DNA of 64,000 bases from Nitrospirota bacterium (GTDB lineage Bacteria > Nitrospirota > UBA9217): assembly GCA_029858565.1 (NCBI GenBank), contig JAOUEV010000007.1, forward strand, positions 32,001 through 96,000. The letters are read 5' to 3'. The notes below the pieces were generated by a model. The model searched no databases. It was not told the origin of the DNA and saw nothing but the letters and a program-made list of their open reading frames with translations. Shown here piece by piece: positions 28,126 to 36,656 of the stretch (position 1 is the stretch's first letter; every line of letters starts with the position of its first letter). Position numbers and translations under genes: made by a program.

Positions 28126-30807
28126 ATGCGGAGCAAGCTGTCTGACGCGGTTCTTGATCCGATCTACCGAAAGTACACACTCCTGGCGCTCCTGGGATGG
28201 ACCCTTCTTGTTGCGCTCCTCCTGGCCTACGTTATCATCGAGCATCGTCAGCAGGATATCTCTATTCTGGCCAATCAGGCCCGGGCGTCGTTCTCCAAGG
28301 ACCTGCTCTACCGGCGCTGGAATGCGAGGCTCGGCGGCGTGTACGCGCCGGTTTCCGACGAGCTTCGTCCCAATCCCTATCTCGCACACGTTCCCGAACG
28401 GGACATCACAACGTCTTCGGGCAGGAAGCTTACGCTTGTCAATCCCTCCTACATGACCAGGCAGGTCCATGAACTGCAGCTGCGGGACGACGGGACCGTC
28501 AGCCATATCACGAGCCTTCGCCCGCTTCGTCCGGAGAACGCGCCTGATCCCTGGGAAAGAAAAGCTCTGGAACAATTCAACCGCGGCGACAGGGAGGTTG
28601 TCTCAGTGGAGCAGGTGGGAGGGGAAGAACATCTTCGACTGATGCGGCCGCTCCGGACCGAGGCGCCCTGTCTTGCCTGCCATGCCCTCCAGGGCTACCG
28701 CGTGGGTGATGTCCTAGGCGGGATCAGCGTTACTCTGCCCGTCAAGGCCGGCTGGCTCCAGCATGACAAAGACCTCATCGAGCCGCTGATCGTCTTCGGC
28801 ACCATGTGGCTGGCAGGCATCGCGGTCATCGCGGCCGGCTCGGCGAAATTGTCCCTCAGGTCCCGGGCGCTCCGTGACAGCGAGGTGCGGTATCGAACGT
28901 TGTTCGATACGATCCAGGACGGCATCTTCCAGGTCGATGAACAGCGGAACATCCGGTTCATCAATCCCGCGGGAGCCCGCATGCTCGGATACGGGCGTCC
29001 GGATGAAGCTGTCGGCGCTCCCCTGTCGCGTCACTGGCAGGATTATCAGGACTACGTATCCTATGAGAATGACCTGGCAAAGCAGAAGCGGCTTGCGTTG
29101 CTCCTGGTCAATGCCGTCCGACTGGACGGAAGCAGGGCCATCTTCGAGCTAACCGCTCGGGCCCTGGAATCGGCCGACGGTGCCGTGAGCGGCCAGGAGG
29201 GTATCTTCCGCGATATCACGGCCCGGATCGAAGCGGGGATCAAGGCGCAGGAGTTATCGAAGACCATGCGGGAGATCCTTGATCACGCGCCATTCGGGAT
29301 CTACCTGGTCGGTGAAGGTGGCGTCATAGAGTATGTCAATCCTGCAATGCTCGCCATCGCCGGTGACAATTATGAGCAGTTCACCGAGATGAACGTTCTG
29401 GAGTTCCCCAACTACCGGGCCATCGGTCTCTCCGACCGCATAGAGAAGGCATTTTCCGGAGAATACTTCCGGATGGAGCACATCGAGTATGTCTCCTATT
29501 TCGGGAACCGGCGCTCGATACGCAACTTTATCGGGATTCCGATCACTGAACGGGGCGGGCGGAAGGTGTTGATGATCGTCGAAGACATTACGCACCGGGT
29601 GACCGCCGAAGAACGGCATGAGAAGCTGCGCGAGCAGCTTGTCCAGGCCCAGAAGATAGAATCCCTTGGACGGCTTGCGGGGGGAGTTGCTCACGACTTC
29701 AACAACATCCTGTCCGCGATCATAGGCTACAGCGACCTTGCCCTTCGCAAGCTGCCTGAGGACGCCCCGGTCGCAAAGGATATCAGGATCATCCGCTCAT
29801 CAGGCGAACGTGCGGCCCAGGTGGCCCATCAGCTCCTGGCATTCAGCCGGAAACAGGTGCTGGAGATGCGCATTGTGGATGTTAACGCGCTGGTTGCCAA
29901 TCTGGCAAAGATGCTGTCCCGACTGATCGGAGAGGATATCACATTCCGGATCCTGAATGGGACCGCGGCCCTGAACGTTCACGCCGATCCCACTCAGGTG
30001 GAGCAGGTTATTATCAATCTGATGGTCAACGCCCGTGATGCCATGCCCAAGGGGGGAGAGTTGATCCTGGAGACCGGGTTAACAGAACTGACGGAAGCCG
30101 ACGCACAGGAGCACCGGGAGATCGTTCCCGGCCGCTACGTACGAATAGCAGTCACGGATACAGGCGTGGGCATGCCGAAAGCGGTGCAGGATCGGATCTT
30201 CGAACCCTTCTTCACGACCAAGGAGATCGGCAAAGGGACCGGATTGGGTTTGGCAACGGTTTACGGCATCGTGAAGCAGCATAAGGGATATATATATGTT
30301 GCCAGCGAACCGCATAAGGGATCGACATTCACGGTCTATCTGCCGACAGAGATGACTGCCGGTGTTTCCGGAGTACGCGAGGAACGGTCCGTAGAACTGC
30401 CCTGCGGCTCCGGCGCAGTGCTGGTGGTAGAGGACGATGAATCGGTACGCAGCCTGGTCGGAGAGATGATCGGGACGCTCGGCTATACGCCGATCATCGC
30501 ACGGGACAGTCTGGAGGCGCTTGAGATCGTGGAGAAGGACCTGCGCCCGATCGAACTGCTGCTGACCGATGTGGTGATGCCGATCATGAACGGGAAGGAC
30601 CTGTCCGACCTTATCCGGTCAAAGCGGCCGGACATCCGAACGGTCTTCATGTCAGGATACACCGAGGAAGTGATCAGCAGGCATGGAATGCTCGATCCCG
30701 GAATCCTGTTCATCCAGAAGCCGGTCACCCCGGCCAAGCTCGCGGCCAAGCTTTCCGAGGCTCTGCAGCCGGTGCCGAGGGACCAGCCTTCCCATGGATC
30801 TTCCTGA
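28126..30807 (+). CDS. Hybrid histidine kinase with DUF3365 (Tll0287-like heme c) sensor, two PAS and REC
   Basis: YRRWNA..GGVY, NPSYMTRQ, SLRPLRPENAPDPWE and CLACH; AGGVAHDFNNIL, FTTKEIGKGTGLGL; REC TDVVMP. Confidence 0.92.
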   Translation: MRSKLSDAVLDPIYRKYTLLALLGWTLLVALLLAYVIIEHRQQDISILANQARASFSKDLLYRRWNARLGGVYAPVSDELRPNPYLAHVPERDITTSSGRKLTLVNPSYMTRQVHELQLRDDGTVSHITSLRPLRPENAPDPWERKALEQFNRGDREVVSVEQVGGEEHLRLMRPLRTEAPCLACHALQGYRVGDVLGGISVTLPVKAGWLQHDKDLIEPLIVFGTMWLAGIAVIAAGSAKLSLRSRALRDSEVRYRTLFDTIQDGIFQVDEQRNIRFINPAGARMLGYGRPDEAVGAPLSRHWQDYQDYVSYENDLAKQKRLALLLVNAVRLDGSRAIFELTARALESADGAVSGQEGIFRDITARIEAGIKAQELSKTMREILDHAPFGIYLVGEGGVIEYVNPAMLAIAGDNYEQFTEMNVLEFPNYRAIGLSDRIEKAFSGEYFRMEHIEYVSYFGNRRSIRNFIGIPITERGGRKVLMIVEDITHRVTAEERHEKLREQLVQAQKIESLGRLAGGVAHDFNNILSAIIGYSDLALRKLPEDAPVAKDIRIIRSSGERAAQVAHQLLAFSRKQVLEMRIVDVNALVANLAKMLSRLIGEDITFRILNGTAALNVHADPTQVEQVIINLMVNARDAMPKGGELILETGLTELTEADAQEHREIVPGRYVRIAVTDTGVGMPKAVQDRIFEPFFTTKEIGKGTGLGLATVYGIVKQHKGYIYVASEPHKGSTFTVYLPTEMTAGVSGVREERSVELPCGSGAVLVVEDDESVRSLVGEMIGTLGYTPIIARDSLEALEIVEKDLRPIELLLTDVVMPIMNGKDLSDLIRSKRPDIRTVFMSGYTEEVISRHGMLDPGILFIQKPVTPAKLAAKLSEALQPVPRDQPSHGSS

Positions 30808-30971
30808 TCCCGCCGGATTCTTCATCCTGTTCGTTGCAGGTCATTTGTGTCGCTCCCATGGTTTGTCAGGTCGGGGAGAATACTTTGCCAGCCATGTCAT
30901 GCTATGGCGGTGGGTGACAATAGAGATTAATAATTCGCGTATGAATTTTTTTTATGCTATTTTATCTTGAT

Positions 30972-31072
30972 TTTTGAATAGCATGTTGCTAGTATTCAAA
31001 ACTTGTCACATCCGCTTTTCAAGTTGCTAAATGTGAATTGAAGTAACATAAAATTCTATTTGGTAACATAAA
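30972..31072 (+). promoter_or_regulatory. Candidate operator region of the Fe-S/CODH operon
   Basis: Inverted repeat TTTTGAATA-N12-TATTCAAAA (30972-31001) and direct repeat GTAACATAAA at 31043 and 31063. Confidence 0.45.
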
Positions 31073-31236
31073 TAAATTGCTCTTTAAATACAGCTAGTTA
31101 TCATCGGTACGCGAATCTTCATTTTGTATTCATGTAGTCCGCACTTCATTCACCAGATCAAGGTTACCAGTTCCCCCTGATATTCCGAATGACGGGAAAG
31201 GTGTCTTTTCAGGGCAGAACGAGGGAGGTCTTAGCC

Positions 31237-31725
31237 GTGCTCGAACAAGCGGAAGTCAAATCCATCGACGCTATTTTGAACGATGCCCAGGGCCAGCGGG
31301 GCATGCTGATCGCTGTTCTGCAGAAGGTGCAGGAAAAGGTCGGCTATCTTCCCGAGGACGCCATGCAGATGATCTCGGACCGGCTCGAGCTGTCCTTTTC
31401 CCAGGTCTACGGTGTGGCGTCGTTCTATAAACATTTCCATTTCAAACCCCGAGGGAAGAAGATCGTCAAGGTCTGCATGGGCACGGCCTGCCACGTGCGC
31501 GGCGCCAAGGCCGTGCTGAACGAGCTCGAGTCCAAGCTCGGGGTCAAGGAAGGCGAGACCACCGCGGACCGGTCCGTGACGCTCGAGACCGTGGGCTGCG
31601 TGGGCTGCTGCGCCCTGGCCCCGGTGCTCACGGTGAACGACCAGGACCTCTATGGCGAGCTGACGCCCAAAATGGTGGACGATATCATCGGAACGGTGAG
31701 GAGCGAACATGGAACTCACGTTTAA
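31237..31725 (+). CDS. NuoE/HydC-like [2Fe-2S] subunit
   Basis: VCMGTACHVRG...VGCVGCCALAP; GTG start after GGAGGT. Confidence 0.9.
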   Translation: MLEQAEVKSIDAILNDAQGQRGMLIAVLQKVQEKVGYLPEDAMQMISDRLELSFSQVYGVASFYKHFHFKPRGKKIVKVCMGTACHVRGAKAVLNELESKLGVKEGETTADRSVTLETVGCVGCCALAPVLTVNDQDLYGELTPKMVDDIIGTVRSEHGTHV

Positions 31726-33607
31726 GCGGCTCGAGAATATTGCCGAACTCGCTGCCCTGCGCGAGCGGCTCAAAAAGGAACGCAAGGAGAGCGACGCCCA
31801 CCGCGTGCGCGTCTGCTGCGGAACCGCCTGCCAGGCAACGGGAGCGAACAAGCTGGTCAGCAAGTTCGAGGACGAGGCGGCGAAAAAGGGCGTGAAGCTC
31901 GAGATCGTGAAGACCGGGTGCCAGGGGTTCTGCCAGCGCGGCCCGGTCATGATCCAGGAGCCCCAGGAGATCTTCTACCAGAAGGTGAAGGTCGACGACA
32001 TCCCGAACCTGTTCTCCACTTCGCTGCTCCACGGCCAGCCCTACCGCAAACAGCTCTACCGTGAATTCCCGCTCTCGGAGCCCAATGCCGAGATGCAGGA
32101 CATTCCTTTTTACAAGAAACAGAAGCGCGTAGCGCTCCACCGGAACGGGTTCGTGGACCCCTGCAACATCTACGACGCCATCCGCGAGGACGGCTATGCC
32201 GCTCTGGCCAAGTGCCTGACCGACTACAAGCCTGATGAAGTGATCGATATCGTGAAAAAATCAGGTCTCCGCGGCCGCGGAGGCGCGGGCTTTCCCGCCG
32301 GTCTCAAATGGGAACATACCAAGAAGTCCGGCGCGAAGATCAAGGCCGTGGTCTGCAACGGCGACGAAGGCGACCCGGGCGCGTTCATGGACCGCGCGCT
32401 CATGGAAGGCGATCCCCATTCGGTGCTGGAAGGCATGATCATCAACGCCTATGCCATCGGCGCGCAGCACGGCTACATCTATGTGCGTCATGAGTACCCC
32501 CTGGCCGTGAAGAACCTGGGCATTGCCATCAAGCAGGCCGAGGCAATGGGGCTTCTGGGCAAGAATATTCTCGGCAGCGGTCTCGACTTTTCCATGGAGA
32601 TCAAGGAAGGCGCCGGCGCATTCGTCTGCGGTGAATCGACTGCGCTTGTCGCATCCATCGAGGGCGAGCGCGGCATGCCGCGGCCCCGTCCGCCCAGGCT
32701 TTCGGAAGCTGCCGGCGGCCTCTGGAACATGCCCACGAACCTGAACAACGTCGAGACCTTTGCGAACGTCCCGACGATCATCGTGAAGGGCCTCGATTAC
32801 TTTACCAAGATCGGCACGGAAAAATCCACGGGCACCAAGGTCTTCGCCCTGACCGGAAAGATCAAGAACACGGGCCTCATCGAGGTCCCCATGGGCATCA
32901 CGCTCCGGGAGATCATCTTCGATATCGGCGGCGGCATGCTGAACCCGGACAAGCAGTTCAAAGCGGTCCAGACCGGCGGCCCGTCAGGCGGCTGCATTCC
33001 TGCCCAGTTCCTCGACATGAAGGTGGACTTTGACACCCTTGCCGGCGTCGGCTCCATGATGGGTTCCGGCGGCATGGTGGTCCTGGACGAGGACGACTGC
33101 ATGGTGGACGTGGCCAAGTTCTTCCTGTCCTTCACCAAGAGCGAGTCCTGCGGCAAATGCCCGCCCTGCCGCATCGGCACCTGGCAGATGTACGAGATGC
33201 TGGAAAAGATCACGACCGGCAAGGGCGAGAAGGGCGATATCGAGAAGCTCGAGAAGATGGGCAAGATGATCGTCGCGGGCTCGCTCTGCGGCCTCGGGAA
33301 CAGCGCGCCGAATCCCGTGCTCTCGACCATCCGCTATTTCCGCGAGGAGTACGAGGAGCACGTGAACGACAAGTACTGCCGCGCCAAGCGGTGCCAGGGC
33401 TTGGGGACCTTCCGCATCCTGCCGGAGCATTGCATCCTCTGCGGCCTCTGCAAGCAGGCCTGCGCCTTCGACGCGGTCTCGGAACTCAGGGACAAGTACT
33501 TCATTGACCAGGACTACTGCACCTCGTGCAAGGCCTGCTACAGCGTCTGCCCCACGGAGGCGATCGTGATCGAGAAGGGAGGGGCCCATGTCGCAGCTCG
33601 AAAGTAA
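31709..33607 (+). CDS. NuoF/HydB-like FMN/NADH-binding subunit, long bifurcating-type architecture
   Basis: N-terminal thioredoxin-like 2Fe-2S (CCGTAC, GCQGFC); GRGGAGF, DEGDPGAFMDR, GGPSGG, ESCGKCPPCR..LC, H...C....C and two C-terminal [4Fe-4S] motifs. Confidence 0.92.
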   Translation: MELTFKRLENIAELAALRERLKKERKESDAHRVRVCCGTACQATGANKLVSKFEDEAAKKGVKLEIVKTGCQGFCQRGPVMIQEPQEIFYQKVKVDDIPNLFSTSLLHGQPYRKQLYREFPLSEPNAEMQDIPFYKKQKRVALHRNGFVDPCNIYDAIREDGYAALAKCLTDYKPDEVIDIVKKSGLRGRGGAGFPAGLKWEHTKKSGAKIKAVVCNGDEGDPGAFMDRALMEGDPHSVLEGMIINAYAIGAQHGYIYVRHEYPLAVKNLGIAIKQAEAMGLLGKNILGSGLDFSMEIKEGAGAFVCGESTALVASIEGERGMPRPRPPRLSEAAGGLWNMPTNLNNVETFANVPTIIVKGLDYFTKIGTEKSTGTKVFALTGKIKNTGLIEVPMGITLREIIFDIGGGMLNPDKQFKAVQTGGPSGGCIPAQFLDMKVDFDTLAGVGSMMGSGGMVVLDEDDCMVDVAKFFLSFTKSESCGKCPPCRIGTWQMYEMLEKITTGKGEKGDIEKLEKMGKMIVAGSLCGLGNSAPNPVLSTIRYFREEYEEHVNDKYCRAKRCQGLGTFRILPEHCILCGLCKQACAFDAVSELRDKYFIDQDYCTSCKACYSVCPTEAIVIEKGGAHVAARK

Positions 33608-34199
33608 GTGCCCCCTGACGGCAACGAAGCTGAAACTGGAGTTCTTCTACAACGATGACTCCAAGGACGGCATGTGCTCCAAGTGCCATCCCTGCAAGCT
33701 CGGCATCTATGACGCCGTCAAGATCCTTGACGCGATCCAGGCGGGGAAGGGCCTCGATATCTATCCCGCCTTGCTCATGCGCATTGCCGTGGACGTGAAG
33801 GACGGCGGCATGTGCAAGAAGGGCAAGGACCGCGCGGACCTTCTCGCGGCCTTTTTAAAGGATTTCTCGGACGACCTGCAGCGCCACATCAAAGGCGTCT
33901 GCACCCATCAGGTCTGCACGCGGTTGATCAGCTATGAGATCGATCCCGCGAAATGCACCATGTGCGACAAGTGCCGGGTCGTGTGCAAGGATTTCGCGAT
34001 CGAAGGCCAGAAAGCGGTCTCGGGCAAGCTTGGATTCACGCCCTACCGGATCCGGCAGAAGCGCTGCACCCACTGCGGGGAGTGCATCAAGGTTTGCCCC
34101 GAGGGCGCGGTGATCATTACCGAGGCTGCATTGGCAGGTGAGGAAAAGCCTGCCGCGTTGGTGAAGCACACCGTGGGCACCTGCCCGCTGCATTATTAG
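33588..34199 (+). CDS. Fe-S subunit resembling only the C-terminal part of NuoF/HydB
   Basis: CSKCHPC...MCKKG, RHIKGVCTHQVC, CTMCDKCRVVC and CTHCGECIKVCP; no FMN/NADH motifs. Confidence 0.85.
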   Translation: MSQLESKCPLTATKLKLEFFYNDDSKDGMCSKCHPCKLGIYDAVKILDAIQAGKGLDIYPALLMRIAVDVKDGGMCKKGKDRADLLAAFLKDFSDDLQRHIKGVCTHQVCTRLISYEIDPAKCTMCDKCRVVCKDFAIEGQKAVSGKLGFTPYRIRQKRCTHCGECIKVCPEGAVIITEAALAGEEKPAALVKHTVGTCPLHY

Positions 34200-34232
34200 T
34201 AGTACAGCAAGACCAAAAAGCGAGAACATTAT

Positions 34233-34310
34233 TCCCGCACGAAGACACGAAGTAAGGAAAAGCACAAGACAATGCAGATTTTCTTCGTGGATCCGTGGCT
34301 TCGTGCGAGA
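34233..34310. repeat. Short inverted-repeat element (REP/MITE-like) inside the operon
   Basis: TCCCGCACGAAGACACGA ... CCGTGGCTTCGTGCGAGA imperfect terminal IR built from CACGAAG/CTTCGTG units. Confidence 0.6.
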
Positions 34311-34372
34311 CAGGCAGTTTGTTGTTTATGGTTTTTAGTTAATGAATTGAACCTGAATTGCTGGAGGATGCT

Positions 34373-36535
34373 ATGACGACCAAGATGGTGAACATGGAGA
34401 TCGACGGGAAGGCCGTGCAGGTCCCCGAAGGCATGACCCTGGTGGACGCGGCGCAGACCGTGGGGATCCACATCCCGAACCTTTGCCATATCAAGGAACT
34501 TCGCGGTGTCGGCGCCTGCCGTATGTGCATGGTCGAGGTCGAGGGCCTGAAGACCCCGGTGACCGGTTGCACGACCCGCACCAAGGAAGGCATGAAGGTG
34601 CAGACCAAGACCCCGAAGGTCGAGGAGATCCGGAAGTTCGTGACCGATCTGGTCCTTTCCTTCCATCCTCTGGACTGCATGACCTGCCCCAAGGCGGGAG
34701 GCTGCGACCTTCAGCGGTATGCCGCTGACCTCAAGATCCAGGAGTCGTCCTTCGGCCGGAAAAGCTTCAACTATCCGCTCAACGACCGGAGCCCCTTCAT
34801 CACCATCGACAACAACTACTGCATCCTTTGCGGACGCTGCGTCCGGGTCTGCAAGGAACAGGGCACGAACGTTCTGGACTTCATGGGCCGCGGCATCACG
34901 ACCAAGGTCTCGACCGCCCTGGACAAGCCGCTGCACGAGTCAGGCTGCACCTTCTGCGGCTCCTGCGTCGACGCCTGCCCGGTGAACACGATCATGGAGC
35001 GCGACCGGTGGCAGCACGGCCGTGAGTGGGACATGGAAAAGGCGGACTCGGTCTGCACGGCCTGCGGCTCCGGCTGCGCTACCATCGTCTCGAAGAAGAA
35101 CGGCAAGATCGTGAAGGTCAATGCCAAGGAAGATACGGGCTATCTTTGCGCCATCGGACGCTTTGGTTTTGATGCGCTCACCGCTGCGAACCGCGTGACC
35201 TCGCCGATGATCCGGAAGGGCGGCAAGCTCAGCCCCGCGACCTGGGAAGAGGCGCTCAAGGTTGCTGCCGACGGCCTCAAGAAGGCAGGCGCAAACGCCG
35301 GATTCATCGCGTCCGGATCGCTCACGACGGAAGAAGCTTATGCGGTCCAGTCCCTGGCCCGCGATGTGGTGGGAAGCGCCAATGTGGATTCCACGGTCTC
35401 GGCCTATGCCGCAGGCCTGATCTCGGCGATCAGGACCATGTACGGCGACAACGGCACGGCGATGCTGTCCCAGGCCGATCTCCATTCCGCTGATTGCGTC
35501 GTCATGATCGGCGCTGATCCGTCGCAGAAGAAGCAGAAGCTCCAGGAAGCCGACGTGATGATCCGTCGCCGTGCACAGGCAGGCGCCAAGGTGATCGTGG
35601 TGAGCACCGAGAAAACGGACCTTGCAAATCATCAGAACGCGATCCTGCTGCAGGTGAAAGCGGGAGCCGACGCGGCGCTGCTGGCTGGTCTCATGAGCGC
35701 GGCTCTTGCCGAAGGCGCCCAGGCAACAGCAAAAGGGCTTGATGGTCTGAAAAAATCGCTGGTATCGGCCGACGAGGCAGCATCGACCTCCGGCGTCGCA
35801 GTTGAGCAGATCGCTGCAGCGGCCAAGGCATTTGCCGCTGCCAAGAACCCGGTTGTCGTGATCGGCACCGGCGTGAGCATGAACGAGGATGCCTCGCTTC
35901 AGGCGTTGAACCTGGCGGCGATGAAGAACGCCGGTGTCATGGCGCTCCTGCTTGAAGCGAACGGCCTCGGCGTGGTATCTGCAGGATGTTTGTCTGACCT
36001 CGGCGCCGGATTCACCAAGATCAAGAAGGCTGGCAAGGGCTACAGCGAGATGAAGTCCGGCATGAAGGCTCTCTATCTCGCCGGAAATATGCCTGAGGTG
36101 AATTTTAAGTCGGACTTCATGGTCGTCCAGACCAGCCATATAACCGCTCTGGCGGAAAAAGCCGATGTGGTGCTTCCGATGACCGCGCTGTACGAGCGCG
36201 CGGGAAGCATCGTTGATATGTATGGAAAGCAGAAATCCTTTGCAGCCGCGCAGGACGCGGCAGGGGTTGCCAAGGACGGAGCGGACATCGCTGCCGAGCT
36301 TTCGCTTGTGATCAGCAAGACCAAGGGCTTCAAAGTGAAGGATGTTGCCGCCGCTATCAAGAAGTTCAAGGCAGGCAAGCTTGCTGAAGCGTCATTCAAG
36401 CCGGTGAGTGCGAAGGCAGGGAAGTCGGCCGCGCTCTCCGCATCGGAACTGCTCGCGGGAATGAACAAGGGCATGCTCGCCAATTCCGCGGTGGCCAAGG
36501 TGGCTGCGCCGCAGGGAGCGCCGGTTTCGAAGTAA
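34373..36535 (+). CDS. NuoG/HydA/FdhA-like Fe-S subunit with a molybdopterin-oxidoreductase fold lacking the catalytic ligand
   Basis: 2Fe-2S (LCH..GACRMC..GC), HPLDCMTCPKAGGC, two [4Fe-4S] motifs and CTACGSGC..LC; NVDSTVSAY where FDH has NxDxCARxC/U; no H-cluster motifs. Confidence 0.85.
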   Translation: MTTKMVNMEIDGKAVQVPEGMTLVDAAQTVGIHIPNLCHIKELRGVGACRMCMVEVEGLKTPVTGCTTRTKEGMKVQTKTPKVEEIRKFVTDLVLSFHPLDCMTCPKAGGCDLQRYAADLKIQESSFGRKSFNYPLNDRSPFITIDNNYCILCGRCVRVCKEQGTNVLDFMGRGITTKVSTALDKPLHESGCTFCGSCVDACPVNTIMERDRWQHGREWDMEKADSVCTACGSGCATIVSKKNGKIVKVNAKEDTGYLCAIGRFGFDALTAANRVTSPMIRKGGKLSPATWEEALKVAADGLKKAGANAGFIASGSLTTEEAYAVQSLARDVVGSANVDSTVSAYAAGLISAIRTMYGDNGTAMLSQADLHSADCVVMIGADPSQKKQKLQEADVMIRRRAQAGAKVIVVSTEKTDLANHQNAILLQVKAGADAALLAGLMSAALAEGAQATAKGLDGLKKSLVSADEAASTSGVAVEQIAAAAKAFAAAKNPVVVIGTGVSMNEDASLQALNLAAMKNAGVMALLLEANGLGVVSAGCLSDLGAGFTKIKKAGKGYSEMKSGMKALYLAGNMPEVNFKSDFMVVQTSHITALAEKADVVLPMTALYERAGSIVDMYGKQKSFAAAQDAAGVAKDGADIAAELSLVISKTKGFKVKDVAAAIKKFKAGKLAEASFKPVSAKAGKSAALSASELLAGMNKGMLANSAVAKVAAPQGAPVSK

Positions 36536-36656
36536 CACGACAGCGTGTCCTGTACACTTTTTGCTCCGGCAGGTCATTGCCGGTTGAGATACATCTTCAG
36601 GTGGTAACACGCGGGGGCGTCAGTCTCCCGGTAAGGAAAGGAGCTTTGGTACGATC

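Noticed and set aside
34373-36535. Annotation as formate dehydrogenase, [FeFe]-hydrogenase or complex I NuoG
   Set aside because: No Cys/Sec Mo ligand or in-frame UGA, no H-cluster motifs and no membrane nuo genes nearby.
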